Shown here: positions 52,952 to 64,000 of the stretch, piece by piece
Position numbering within the stretch: position 1 is the stretch's first letter
Layout of the letters: each line of letters begins with the position of its first letter
From: Thermoanaerobaculia bacterium
GTDB lineage: Bacteria > Acidobacteriota > Thermoanaerobaculia > UBA5066
DNA: 64,000 bases
Reading direction: 5' to 3'
Assembly: GCA_963816185.1 (NCBI GenBank)
Contig: CAWFJJ010000028.1
Coordinates: forward strand, 288,001-352,000
Notes under the pieces: model-generated
The model's database searches: none
Seen by the model: only the letters and a program-made list of their open reading frames with translations
What the model was told of the DNA's origin: nothing
Made by a program: the position numbers and the translations under genes

Positions 52952-53501
52952 TCACCGCTTCTGTACCCTTTCCTGGCTCGCCCGCAGGCCTTCGAGGAGA
53001 CCCGCCAGGGTTTCCTCGTCCGCGCCGCGCAGAGCGGACTCCAGCTCCTTGCGCAGCTTGCCGGCGCGGTCCTCTTGTACGGGACCGGCGCCAAGCGCCA
53101 CGCCCAGAACGAGAGAGATCTGCTCCAGATAGTGCTGCGGCGTCACGGGCTTCTCGAGATACACGGAGGGTCCCGAGATCGAGCTGTCCTTCAGGACGTC
53201 GGCGAGATCCCTTTTGACCGCTTCGTCGCGGGCGTGGCCGGAGACGATGATGACGGGGATCCGCGACCACTCGGGGTGTTTGCGCAGCTCATGAAGAAGG
53301 CGGATGCCCGACTTGCCCGGCATGACCAGGTCCAGAGAGATGAGGTCGGGAGGGGCCTGGCGGATTCGGTCGAGCGCCTGGGCCCCGTCGTGAGCGGTGA
53401 CCACGTGCATGCCCGGCGTCCTCGAGGACCGTCCCGAGAAATGTGGTGATGTCGGGCTCGTCGTCGACGACGAGGACGGTGACGTCTTCGGGCTGGCGCA
53501 T
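52952..53501 (-). CDS. Response regulator receiver with short C-terminal extension (frameshifted)
   Basis: VLVVDDEPD, PDLISLDLVMPGKSG, IPVIIVSG, YLEKP. Confidence 0.82.
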
Positions 53502-53504
53502 GGC

Positions 53505-55378
53505 TCATTCCTCCGAAAGGGGAGAGCCGGGTGACGCGGCACGGTCCTGGCTTGGGCCGGGCGCCTCACGCGGCGAGCCGTCCTCCGGGCTTTCCAGCCG
53601 AGGCAATCTCTTTCGCGGGAAGCGGAGGCGGAAGACCGTCCCCGGCCGGACGTCGAGTCGAAGGTCACCGAGCCGCCGTGCTGCTGCACGATCTTGCGCG
53701 TCAGAAGGAGCCCCAGACCGGTCCCCCGGCTCCTTTGGTCGTGAAGAAGCTCGTGAACGCCTTCTGCTTCACTTCGTAGTCCATGCCGCACCCCGTGTCG
53801 ATCACCTCGAAGGTGATCACCTCGTTCTCCTCCACGAGTCGGACGGTGATGGAGCACGAGGGGGTGTGGCTCACGAGGCAGGCATCGATGGCGTTCGAGA
53901 TCAGGTTCGAGAGGCACGTGTGCAGCCCCTCGGCGTCCAGGGGCGCCGGTCGAACCTCCTCGGCGATCTCGGCCTTGATCGTGATGCCATGCTGCTCGGC
54001 GGCGTCGCGGAACAGGCCGACCACGTCGTGCACGATCGTCGCCGGTGAGACGAGCGCGACCCGCGGCTGCTCGCCGCGAGAGAACGCCAGGAGGCTTCGT
54101 ACCAAAGTCGAGATGCGGCCGACGTTTCGCTCGAGCATCTCCCATCCCTTTCGCACGCGGTCCTGTTCGCCCTTCTGGACGCCGACGGACGCGACGTACA
54201 TCCCGCCTTCGAGCCCGGTGAGGATGTTCTTGATGCCGTGAGCCAGCCCCGCGACGGTCTCACCCACCGCCGCGAGACGTTCCGCCTCGAGCTTCTCGCG
54301 CTGGAGCTGCCTCACTTCTCGAAGATCCTGAAACGTGAAAGCCGAACCGACCAAACGCCCCTCATGGCGCAATCGGACCCCGGCGAGCCGCACCGGGACG
54401 TCCTCGCCGGCGGCCGTCGTCACCTCGGTCTCCTGCAACACACCCGGGTCGTGCTCATCGCGGATGGGGCGCAGGAGGGCCTTCGGGACGAGGCCGGGCG
54501 GAGCCTTCCGGCCCAGCAGCTGCTTTCGTGCGTAGCCGAGAAGCGCCTCGGCCGCGCCGTTGAAGAGCTTGACGCAGCCGTGATTGTCGAGGACGACGAT
54601 GGCGTCCAGGGCGTGCTCGACGAGGGCCTCGCGCAGCATGTGGGCATGGCTCAGCTCCGGCCTCCAGGTGGCGGATCTCGGTCATGTCGAGCGCCATCTG
54701 GATGACGTGCGTCGTGTCTCCGTCCGCGTTCGGCACCGGGGCGGTGGAGACCACGTAGTGCATCGGCTCTCCCGCAGAGGTCACTCCCACCTCGCTTGCG
54801 GTGTGAATCCGGCCGTCCCGGAAGGTCTCCTCGGCGGGACAGTCGTCACATCGCTCGCGGCGTTGCTTGAACAACGCGTAGCAGTGCTCTCCTTTGGCGT
54901 CGCCGAAGGCGCGGCGGGACATCTCGTTGGACTTGACGACCCTCAGGTCGCGGTTGAGCACCGACACGTAGCACGGCACCTTCTCGAAGAGCGTCTGGTA
55001 CTCGCCCTGCAGCCTCTTGGAGGACGTGATGTCCGTGGTGGAGACCGCGACGAACGAGACCGGGCCGCCCGTCTCGAGGACGGGCGTGACCTGCACGAGA
55101 TAGTTCGCGGGCCGCCCGCCCCGGTCGCGGCCCGTCTGCTCCAGCACCCGAACCTGGGCGTCCGCGAACGTCTTCTCGACCGGGCAGCTCGGGCACGGAG
55201 CCGCGCGGTGTCGGGTCGCGGCGAAGCAAGGCCTGCCGCGCGCTTCGCCGAAGATCTCCGCAAAAGCGCCGTTGTGATCGACGATGTGAAGCGAACGGTC
55301 GATGACCGCGATCCCCGACGGGATCTCCTCGAAGAGCGCCGCCCGGCGCGCGCTGTCCCACGCGGCGGCGCGGCTCAT
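53505..55378 (-). CDS. Cytoplasmic triple-PAS sensor histidine kinase (frameshifted)
   Basis: Three PAS repeats, H-box LAHGIKN, NLISNAIDA, DTGCGM, FFTTKG, GTGLGL. Confidence 0.85.
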
Positions 55379-57417
55379 ATCCCAGGACCTCCGCCGACCC
55401 GACCCTCCCGCAGCCGGAGATCCTCGCCCAGGGACGAGGCGTCGCGATGGCAATTGGGACACCGGCTGAGAGTGAATTGGGTCACGGCGTTCTTCTGCTC
55501 GTGCTCGCGGTGACACGAAATGCACAGCCCGTGCATGGCGGCGCGATAGCCTGGGGCGACGCCCGGCTGCAGTCCGTCGCGCGTCTTCACCTGGAACCGT
55601 GCCGTCCGGCTCACGTCGCGGGCGTGACAGTCGTCGCAAGGTTTGGCCGCAGCGCGGGTCTTGGGCTCCTTCGGGCGACGATGGCAGCTTTCGCACGAGC
55701 CGTTGCGGCCGAGGGCGACGGACGTGCCGTTCGTGGTAGAACGTGTCCGTCGGCGGCGTAGAGGTCGCCGATGGCAGGCCGCGCACGACGTGGCGCGATC
55801 GACGCGGTAGATTGCGATGGTGGCACAGGACGCACGCAGGCAGCCGACTCCGCCGAGCCGCTGCTGGTGCGCCGTCGTGCTCGAAGAGGACGTACCGTCC
55901 CGGGCTCCGCGCCCCTCCGAGGAGCAACGCGGCGCTCCATCGCGGCCCGGCGCGGGGCGTCGCCGAGGCTCGGCGTGCGAAGAGCAGGTGAGAACGAGCC
56001 GATGGCCACCGGGCGTGCTTCCGGGACTCGGAGCGCGAAGGACCGCCTCCGCGCGAGGACGCTGCACCGGGCTCGGGCGCGAAGGCGAGCGCGACGGGCG
56101 ATCTCGCGCCTGCACGTGAGGCCGAGCGCCGAGAAGCGCCCCGACGGCGCAGGCCAGCGCGGAGCGCCGCGCACGCGTCCCAGCCAGGGCGCCCGCGTGA
56201 CGGACAGCGACGGAGACCGGGTCGATGAGACGCGGGGCGGAAGTGGTCGAGACCGGGGCCGGCGGCGACTCCCAGACGCGGAGGTGCTCGACGAAGAAGA
56301 GGAACACGAGCGCCATCGCGGCCACGACGCCGAGGCTGATCGGCGAGCTCGGTGAGGGCCGGAACGTAGGCGTCGCCCGCCGTCGCGGCGATGTGAGAGG
56401 TTCCGCCGGCGTCGGCCCGATAGAGGACGAAGCCGGCGACCGACCGAGGACCGCGCCCGGCGCCGAGGGCGCTGCCGGTCGGTTCGCCGGACGCTGGGCA
56501 GCGTGAAGAGGAGGAGGCGGGCCCACGGTGCTCGAAGAGCCAGCTCGAAGAGGAAGAGTCCACGCGGTCAGCCAGGAGCCCTGGAGAGCACGGCGCAGCT
56601 GGCCGCGCGCGCGCGAGGTCGCCGAGCCGCAGAACGCAGATAGACGCGCGAGCACGAGGCGCGGCGGCGCGGGTCGAGGCCCTGCAGAGGAGGTCCCACT
56701 CCGGCTCCCGGTGGAAAAGCCACGACGCTCGCGAGGCTCTCGACGGTCACCATGGAGAGGCCGAGGGCCACGGCCGAGACCAGGAAGAGCAGCGGAAGGA
56801 GCGGGGAGTACCAGAGAGGGTGGAGGCGGTGCGGGGCGATGACGAGGAGCGTCCCGAGCGAGGATTGGTGGAGGGTCGACAGCGCGATGCCGGCGATCGA
56901 CGAGAGGGCAGGGTGAAGCGGCGCAGGAACGTTGAACGACCTTGTTCGCAGGCGGAAGCCCTTCGAAGACCACGGGGGCGAACTCCAGCGCGAGCACGGT
57001 GAGATAGAGCATCACGCACCAGGCCACCTCGAAGAGCGCGGAGTGCGGCTGCCAGAAGAGCGTCGGGCGCCAGATGTTCCACGGGCTGGCCGAGATCGAC
57101 CAGCAGGCCGAGGACGACGGCGACATAGCCGAGGAACGCCGTCAGGACGGCGGGCCGCAGCAGGGCGCGGTAACGCTCGAGGTGGAAGACGTGGACGGCG
57201 GCCGGCGATCGACGAACCCGCCCGCGGCGAGGGCGACGCCGGCGAGGACGTCGAAGCCGATCCACAGGCCCCACGGGGTCCGGTCGCTGAGCGACCGTCG
57301 TCAGATCCGAGACCCAGGCAGGTAATCGGACGACGGCGACGGCGCCGGCGACGCCGACGAGCAGCCAGAGGACGATCTTCGTGACGGCCAGCCGGGACGC
57401 TCGGTCGGCTCGCTCAC
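55375..57417 (-). CDS. NrfD/HybB (HmcC-like) membrane subunit with C-terminal multiheme cytochrome c3-like domain (heavily frameshifted)
   Basis: PWGLWIGFD, LRPAVLTAFLGY, SALFEVAWCVMLY, LSTLHQSSLG, LHPLWYS; then CVLCH, CAACH, CESCH, CDDCH, CISCH, CPNCH. Confidence 0.75.
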
Positions 57418-58258
57418 GTTTCCGTCTTCCCTTCGCGGGCTCTTGCGTCTCAGGCTCGCGCCAAGGCCCCTCGCCCGCCGGCCAGGCGAGCTGCTGGCGG
57501 CGGTCGGATGATCCAGGCCAGCCCGAACGCCGCGGCGCCCACCCCCAGCGAACGTCCGGCGGGACTGACGTGCAGGGCCGGCCGGGTCAAGCGCCGGGTA
57601 AGAGTCCTGCCTGAGACGCAGCGGGCCAGCCCGCCGTCTCCAGGCTCGACGTCCGACACGTAGAGAACCGAGGTGCCGCCCACCTCGTTCTCGCCCCAGA
57701 CGTGGTTCAGATAGCGGTCCGGGGGGTCGCCGCGATGCGCGCTCTTCGCCTCGGCGAGGAGGGCTCGTCGCGCGTCGCCGAAGACCGTGGCCTTCATCGG
57801 GGCACGCTTTCGTGCAGGCCGGCTGGTCCAGCTCGCCGCGCCGTGACCTGCGGTCGTAGCAGAGCACGCACTTGCGGACGCGCGGCGCCGCGGACGACCA
57901 CTCGTAACGGGTCATCTGGAACGGGCAGGCGATCAGGCAGTAGCGGCACCCCATGCAGATGTCGGCGTCGTAGGCCACGAGCGCCCTTCGGGCGTGCGGT
58001 GCAAAGCGCTCCGACGGGGCAGGCCGAGGCGCAGGCAGGATCGAGGCAGTGCCGGCAGTGGAGGCGCACAGGTGCGACCCTTCGGCGCGCCGCGAACGAG
58101 CGTCGTCCAGCGGGTGGCGGAGAGGTCCGACGGCCGTCTCCCTGCCACGCGCCGCGGCGCGTCCTCTCCCGTCCCGTTCGTCCGCTGGCAGGCGAGCGAC
58201 GCACTCCTCGCAGCCGATGCAGCGGGTGACGTCGGTCAGGATCGCCCATGGAGGTCAT
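57414..58258 (-). CDS. 4Fe-4S ferredoxin subunit (HybA/HmcB-like) with C-terminal anchor (frameshifted)
   Basis: DVTRCIGC, CRHCLDPACASACPVGAL, CMGCRYCLIACPF, KCVLC, PACTKACP, GENEVGGTS. Confidence 0.82.
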
Positions 58259-58979
58259 ACCGTCTCGTCCTCCTTTCCGAGCGCGATCGCAACGTGCCGG
58301 CCGGTCTCGGCCGGGAAGTGCCAGCCCGAGCTCGAAGATGAGCTGGAGCGAAGGGGAACAGGATGCAGTGGGCGATCTTGGTCGTGGGCGTCAGGACGAG
58401 CGCAAGGTCGGCCAGCAGAAGGTGCGCGAGGAGGATCGACGCGGGCGTCGAACGGCGCAGAGAGCCGGATGTGCGGCGAGGAAGCCCGAGGCCGTCACGA
58501 AGAAGAGCGCCAGAAGGACGAGCAACGTCCTGGGCTTTCGTCAGGCCTCGCGTGAGACGCGAGACCGGATCCGGCCGATGAGGAGCCCCGCCAGGCCGCC
58601 AGGATCGCCGCGAGGGAGAGGACGTCGGCGGCGCGCGGCGTGCAGCACGGGCCACGGGATCCGGAGGTCTCGGTCTGCCAGAGCGCCACGTGCCCGAGCG
58701 AGAAGAGCGGCACGAGGAGGATGCCCGGCGTGGAAAAGGAAGGACGCGGCGCTCGTAAAGCGGGATGCGCGCGCATCAGCCGGACGCGGCAGGAGCCAGC
58801 GCGAGCGTGGAGCGCGCGATCGCCGCCGAGGGGCAGCACGCGGTCGCCGGCTCGGCGCCACGCCGAGGCGACGCTGGACAGGATCGTGCTCGCCGACCAG
58901 GTAGCCGAGCCCGAGCACGCAGACGGCAAGGGCAGAAGCGGAAGAGCGGCCCGCGCGCGAAGGCGATCCAGGCGTCCAT
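58255..58979 (-). CDS. NarI-like cytochrome b membrane subunit (HmcE/DsrM-like; frameshifted)
   Basis: MDAWIAFARGPLF, SFLFH.G.LLVPLF..GH, HLL.ADL...P.TKIAH. Confidence 0.72.
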
Positions 58980-60416
58980 CACGTGCTCGCCTTTCTGTCC
59001 GTCCGCCGCTGGAGAGCGAGCGGGGACGCGCATGCGCATGAACGCGGGAGGCGTGGATGCGCCAGGCAGCACGAGGTCGTGCAGCCCGACGACCTTGACG
59101 TGCCCGAGGCCGTTGTCGTCGCAGACCTCGCGGAGCTGCTTCTTGCAGTTGGCGCAGGGAGCGACCACGCAGTCGTCGCGCCGGTGCGCCGGATCTGCTC
59201 GGCCTTCGTCGCTCCGCCGACCCGCGTCCGAAACGGCCGGATCTCGTCGATCGAGACCGATGCCGCTGCCGCCGCCGCAGCAGTAGTTCTCTCGTCCGTT
59301 CGGGCGTCATGTCGACGAAGTCCCCGCAGATGGCTTCGCAGGATCTCGCGCGGCTGCTCGACGATCCACCCCGACCGGGCGATGTTGCACGGATCGTGGT
59401 AGGTGACGCGCGCCTCGATCGCGTCCGGCTTCAGCTGGAGCGTCCCGCGCGCAGCTCTCGGCAGGTGTACTCGCATGATGTTCACGACCTCGGGCGGCGC
59501 TCCCTGCCGCCCGCAGAAGGTCGGGACGAAGGCCTTGGCCGCCCGCGAGGCATGCCCGCACTCGCCGATCAGGATCTTCTTCGCGCGCTGCAGCCGCGTC
59601 ATCCTCGGCGACCTCGCATCGAGACGATGCGGTCGAGCATCCGGTCGGAGTAGAAGAGGCCGTAGTTGATCCCGTCGAAGTAGCGGGTGCCGATCGTCCA
59701 CGAGGCGCCGGTCGCCGTCATCACCGCGGCCACGCCCATGAGCGTGTCGGGCTCGAGCAGGTAGTCGCTGACGGCCGGGAAGAAGATGTACTCCGCAACC
59801 CTCGCACGTCGATCGGGAACAGCACGATCTTCATGTGATAGGTGTCGCGGCAGTCCTCCTCGAGGAACTCGCAGGTGTCCCGGAGGGCGGCCGCCGGGAT
59901 GGCGGAGGTGTTGTGGGTCTTCCCCTCGAGCTGCTCGCGGACCGCGACCCGAAGAGCCTTCGGGACGATCCCCACCTCCGCCAGGATCCAGCGGGCCGAG
60001 GTGGGTGATCATGCGCGTGGTCGATCCCGAACGGGCACTCGAGCTTGCAGCGCCGGCACGCCGTGCAGCGGTAGAAGCTCCTCGGCCATCGTGTTGATGT
60101 GGCTCCTCGGTCGAGGGTGAACGCGGACGAGAGAACCGCGCGCGCAGCATCCCGGCGGGGGTGAAATACCGCCGATAGACCGCAGCAGCAGCTCGGAGCG
60201 GTTGCAGGGGATGTCTCGCGCCTCGCCCGACTGGCTTGAAACACCTGGCAGGCCACGGAGCAACGCCCGCACCTGCGCCGCGGCCCGTGCGGCAAGCGTC
60301 CAGCGCCAGGAGCGTAGTTCGAGTGCTCGAGGATCGCCGCGAAGGCCTCGAGGAAGCGGCGCGGCAGGTCAGCCGGTGTCGACCGGTTCCAGATAGTACG
60401 AGCACTTGATCGCCAT
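58979..60416 (-). CDS. CCG-domain Fe-S oxidoreductase (HmcF/TmcB, HdrD-related; frameshifted)
   Basis: CGRC..AC, FYRCTACRRC..ECPFGID, FDGINYGLF, GECGHA, TYHDPCN.AR, NYCCGGG, APCANC. Confidence 0.82.
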
Positions 60417-60464
60417 CCCGTTTTTCTCCCCAGGCTGCGGCTGCCTCTGTCGGTTCTCCTAAGC

Positions 60465-60480
60465 GCAACACGTGTGCCGG
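60465..60480 (-). promoter_or_regulatory. Sigma54 -24/-12 promoter of the Hmc-like operon
   Basis: Minus strand CCGGCACACGTGTTGC with exact GG-N10-GC spacing, about 50 bp upstream of the start and next to a divergent sigma54 activator. Confidence 0.75.
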
Positions 60481-60578
60481 CAAAGCCAGGCCGAGTGTGT
60501 CGAGGCCGCAACCGCTCATTCGAAACTGGTTCCGATCGATTGCGCAAGAAATCGAGGAGCGGTCAAGGGCTGACCCAC

Positions 60579-60596
60579 TGTCTCGATTCCATGACA
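60579..60596. promoter_or_regulatory. Candidate upstream activator sequence TGTC-N10-GACA
   Basis: Dyad about 100 bp upstream of the -24 box. Confidence 0.4.
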
Positions 60597-60647
60597 CACA
60601 TCTCGAACATGTTGCGATTCCGAGAGCACATGATCCAGACTGATGGT

Positions 60648-61985
60648 ATGAGAAAGGCGCTACTCCTTCAGTACGCAGACGTCCTGTTCAACTCGATCCC
60701 GCACGCCATCTTCACCGTCGACGAGCGCTGTCAGATCACCCAATTCAACAAGACGGCCGAGCAGATAACAGGATGGAGATGTGAGGAAGTGCTCGGCCGC
60801 CGCTGCGCCGAGGTCCTGCGCAGCCAGAGCTGCGAACACGGCTGCGTGCTGCAGGACAGCATGAAGGGCGGCGAGAAGCACCGCGATGACGAGACGATGA
60901 TCCTGACCCGGGACGGACGGACCGTCGCCCATCGCCGTGAGCACCGCAGCGCTCCGGGACGGGGAGGGTCGCCTCATCGGCGGGGTGGAGATGTTCCGGG
61001 ATCTTTCCGAGGTCGCGGAGCTTCGACGAAAGCTCCTCGGGACCTACGTGTGCGAGGACATCATCACGAAGAGCAACGCCATGCAAGGCGTGCGTGAGAT
61101 CCTCCCGCTCGTGGCCCGGAGCGACAGCACCGTCCTCATCGAAGGGGAGCCGGGAACGGGAAAGGAGCTCGTGGCTCGGGCGATCCACAACCTCGGCCCG
61201 CGCCGAGAGCGTCCCTTCGTGGCGGTCAACTGCGGCGCCATCCCGGATACGCTCGTCGAGTCGGAGCTCTTCGGCCACCTGCAAGGCGCCTTCACGGACG
61301 CCAAGAGAGACAAGCCGGGCCGTTTCGCGGTCGCGGAAGGGGGAAGCCTCTCTGCTGGACGAGGTGGGCGAGCTGTCGCCGTCGGTCCAGGTCAAGCTCC
61401 TTCGCGTGCTGCAGGAGCGGAAGTACACGCCGCTGGGCGGGGTCGAGGCGATCAAGGCTGACGTCCGAGATCCTGGCGGCCACCAACCGGGACCTCTCGG
61501 CCGAGGTGCTGAAGGGGCGTTTCCGGCAGGACCTCTACTTCCGTCTCAACGTCGTCCGGGTCACGTTGCCGCCGCTGCGCAGCCGGACCGAGGACATCCC
61601 GCTCCTCGTGCAGCACTTCATCGCGCGCTTCAACGCCCTGCAGGGACGGAGAATCAAGGGGATTTCCGTGCACGCGATGGCTGCGCTTCTCGCCCATTCA
61701 TTTCCCGGCAACGTGAGGGAGCTGGAGAACGCCATCGAGCACGCCTTCGTCGTGTGTTGCTCGAATACGATCGAGGTCGGGGACCTCCCGCTGCACGTCG
61801 GGCGCGACACGGCCATCCCCCACACGCACGCGAAGGACGATCTCGCGCCGCTGGAACAAGCCGAGTGCCTCACCATTCGCGAGGCCCTGGACCGCCACCG
61901 GAGGAATCGGGGCGAAACGGCGAAGGATCTGGGGATCTCCCGAAACACCCTTTGGCGCAAGATGAAGGCCTATGGAATAGCATAA
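60648..61985 (+). CDS. PAS-containing sigma54-dependent activator (frameshifted)
   Basis: PAS, GEPGTGKE, NCGAIP..L.ESELFG, GAFTDA, LDEVGE, FRQDLYFRL, PGNVREL, Fis HTH LGISRNTLWRK. Confidence 0.9.
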
Positions 61986-62072
61986 GGGTCACTCGGCGGG
62001 ATCGCCCGGAACCTGGACCATCTGATCTGACGGTTGCGCGAATGGGGCCTGCCGGAGGCAAGGAGATCCCCG

Positions 62073-62885
62073 ATGGCGGTCGTGACCGTATCGCGCGGAG
62101 CGGGGAGCAAGGGCCAAGTCTTCGCGCAGGACCTCGCCGCCCGTCTCGACTACGAGATCGTGAGCCGCGAGGACGTGGTTCAGGAGGCTGCGAAGCACGG
62201 GGTCCCGGCCGAGAGGCTGCAGAAGGCGCTCCTCGAAGCTCCCGGCTTCTGGGACCGGCTCTCCCTGGACCGCAAGCGCTACCTGGCGTTCGTGCAGGAG
62301 GCTTTGGCGGAACGTGCGCGCAAGGACCGAATCGTCTACGAGGGAAACGCAGGCCACCTGCTGCTCCGCGGAATCTCGCACGTCGTGTGCATACGCCTCC
62401 TTGCTCCCCTCTCCCAGCGCGTCCAGACGGCGATGGAAAGCCTCGGGATGGACGACACCAACGCGCTCCGGTACATCGAAGACTCGGATCGCGAACGTGA
62501 GAATTGGACGCGCTTCCTTTACGGAGTCGACTGGCTCGATCCGACCCTGTATGACGTCACGCTCAACCTGAGGACCCTCGCGCTCGGGGGTGCCGTCGAT
62601 GCGGCGCTGGCGGTGGTCCAGCGTCCGGAGTTCGCTCCGACAGACGACAGCCGGCTCGCGATGGATAACCTCCTGCTCGAGAGCCGCGTTCGGGCTGCCC
62701 TGGCGGCGGAGGACGAGACCGCCGCAGCGGCCGTCCAGGTCCTTGCCAATCGGGGGGTCGTTTCGCTGCGCGGCCGGGTCCGCCCGAGCCGGATGGTCGA
62801 TGCCGTCGTCGGCGTCGTGCGCCATGTGGAGGGTGTGAGGCAGATCGACCAGCGAGACCTCGACGCCCCCGAGTACACCGTCTAG
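62073..62885 (+). CDS. Cytidylate-kinase-like protein with C-terminal BON domain
   Basis: VTVSRGAGSKG, LA.RL.Y, D.ER..W..FLYG.DW.DP..YD; BON-like GVVSLRG...VEGV. Confidence 0.78.
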   Translation: MAVVTVSRGAGSKGQVFAQDLAARLDYEIVSREDVVQEAAKHGVPAERLQKALLEAPGFWDRLSLDRKRYLAFVQEALAERARKDRIVYEGNAGHLLLRGISHVVCIRLLAPLSQRVQTAMESLGMDDTNALRYIEDSDRERENWTRFLYGVDWLDPTLYDVTLNLRTLALGGAVDAALAVVQRPEFAPTDDSRLAMDNLLLESRVRAALAAEDETAAAAVQVLANRGVVSLRGRVRPSRMVDAVVGVVRHVEGVRQIDQRDLDAPEYTV

Positions 62886-62925
62886 CCCCGCGACGCCTGC
62901 GCGGGAAGCGCTAGGGGCGGGACCG

Positions 62926-63303
62926 TCAGATTTGGAAGCCTCCGGTCAGGCTCACGATGAGGTCCCGCAGCTGGGTGATCTTGAACGGCTTGGGAATGAA
63001 CTCCGCGGCTCCGCTCCTCAGGGCTTCGCGGGCCGTCTCCACGGTGGCGAAGCCGGTGATGATGATCACCTTGGTCGCGGGGGCCTGCTCTCTCGCGAAC
63101 CGGAGGACGTCGATGCCGTCCGGCCCCTGCATCTTGAGATCCGTGACGAGGACGTCGAACTTCTTTTCCATGAGCCGGTCGATGGCCTTTTGGCTCTCGG
63201 TGTAGGTCTCCACCTCGAATCCGCTCTTTTCCAGGGCGGGCTTGAGCCTCTCGCACACGATGGGCTCGTCGTCGAGGATCAGGATCTGTCGTTTGCCCTT
63301 CAT
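62926..63303 (-). CDS. Single-domain response regulator
   Basis: ILILDDE, DVLVTDLKM, IITGFAT, FIPKPF. Confidence 0.9.
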   Translation of the reverse strand: MKGKRQILILDDEPIVCERLKPALEKSGFEVETYTESQKAIDRLMEKKFDVLVTDLKMQGPDGIDVLRFAREQAPATKVIIITGFATVETAREALRSGAAEFIPKPFKITQLRDLIVSLTGGFQI

Positions 63304-64000
63304 GACGGCTGTCGTCTCCTCTCCGCGCCGCCTCCGTCTCCTCGAGAGAATGCGAAGTACCGGCCCTCCATGAAGCTGTTCGCGTATTGCTCGACGAGGC
63401 GGTCGTCACGCAGGAGGACGTCGAGCTGTCTCGTGAAGCCGATCAACCGTCCGATCATCCGCAAACGCTCGATCGTGGCCTCATAAGGAATCTTGTTGAC
63501 CCTTCCGATCACGAGATCCCCCGATGCCTCCACGACGAAGTCGTGGGCCATGAGAATGCGCCTGAGGAGCGCAGCGCGCCGCGACCTGCGGGTCATTTCG
63601 GTGACCCCGCCGGCGAACCGAAAATAGATGTAATTGTCGTTCCGGACCTTGGAGACGAGGGCGTCCACGATGTTGAAGTGATACCCAAGACGGAGGCTCA
63701 GGTTGAGATAGTCGTCGGAGACGATGGCCACGTTCAACTCGGGACGCATGGCCAGCTCGTCGGTCAGCGCCTGGGAGCGCGTCAGGCTCGACATGAATCC
63801 ATCGAGGTCCATATCCGCCGGTCCGGTGGCCCAAACGCCTTCGGTCGTCATCCCTTCGATCACGGCCCGGAGCGGAAGAGACGCCACCTGATCCGGGCGC
63901 AGATGCGCCGTTTCCTCACTGCGTTCGACGCCTCCACCCAGATCGATGACGACGAGGTCGAGCGGCACCCGGAGATCCAGCCGGCGGACGTATCGGCCGC
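63300..64000 (-). CDS. C-terminus of a PEP/pyruvate-binding (PEP synthase/PPDK-like) domain protein; 5' end outside window
   Basis: VIDLGGG, YLNLSLRLGYHF, NYIYFRF.GG, RR.RR, TRQLD, a C-terminal pattern I associate with this family in anaerobes. Confidence 0.65.
   Translation of the reverse strand, partial: GRYVRRLDLRVPLDLVVIDLGGGVERSEETAHLRPDQVASLPLRAVIEGMTTEGVWATGPADMDLDGFMSSLTRSQALTDELAMRPELNVAIVSDDYLNLSLRLGYHFNIVDALVSKVRNDNYIYFRFAGGVTEMTRRSRRAALLRRILMAHDFVVEASGDLVIGRVNKIPYEATIERLRMIGRLIGFTRQLDVLLRDDRLVEQYANSFMEGRYFAFSRGDGGGAERRRQPS

Noticed and set aside
55375-60416. Calling the cluster dsrMKJOP or a Hyb hydrogenase
   Set aside because: No dsrJ-type triheme gene, no other dsr genes and no hydrogenase catalytic subunits in the operon

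Overview
High-GC bacterial window with no rRNA, tRNA, CRISPR array or transposase that I can recognise. The DUF4388 protein and general gene style weakly suggest Acidobacteriota (Thermoanaerobaculia-like). Indel-type errors are dense at 1-11 kb, 17.6-22.7 kb and 52.5-61.5 kb and almost absent elsewhere, as expected for an unevenly polished long-read assembly. Gene order: (1) sugar-phosphate block with GH144-like glucanase, PRC-barrel protein, pgm, a garbled cytochrome c, zwf, an ackA remnant, xfp and a P3A H+-ATPase; (2) MFS transporter and a Liv-type ABC system with fused ATPases; (3) group 3b NiFe hydrogenase operon; (4) IorAB-like Mo-hydroxylase and a second Liv ABC system; (5) proC, CBS, GGDEF-EAL, ubiE, hydrolases, DUF2891, TauE and DUF1579; (6) a LigD lacking its ligase domain and a DUF4388 protein; (7) a porin divergent from an uncharacterised 8-gene operon (monocarboxylate-type MFS, two atypical family III CoA-transferases, four small Cys-containing orphans, aryl-CoA-ligase-like enzyme); (8) a sigma54-driven Hmc/Tmc-like redox complex whose NrfD subunit appears fused to a six-heme c3-like domain, plus two-component genes. 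The best candidates for undescribed biology are the CoA-transferase operon and a dispersed AT-rich palindromic motif (GATTTCTTAGAA, core TTCTNAGAA) embedded inside coding sequences in different frames and strands.
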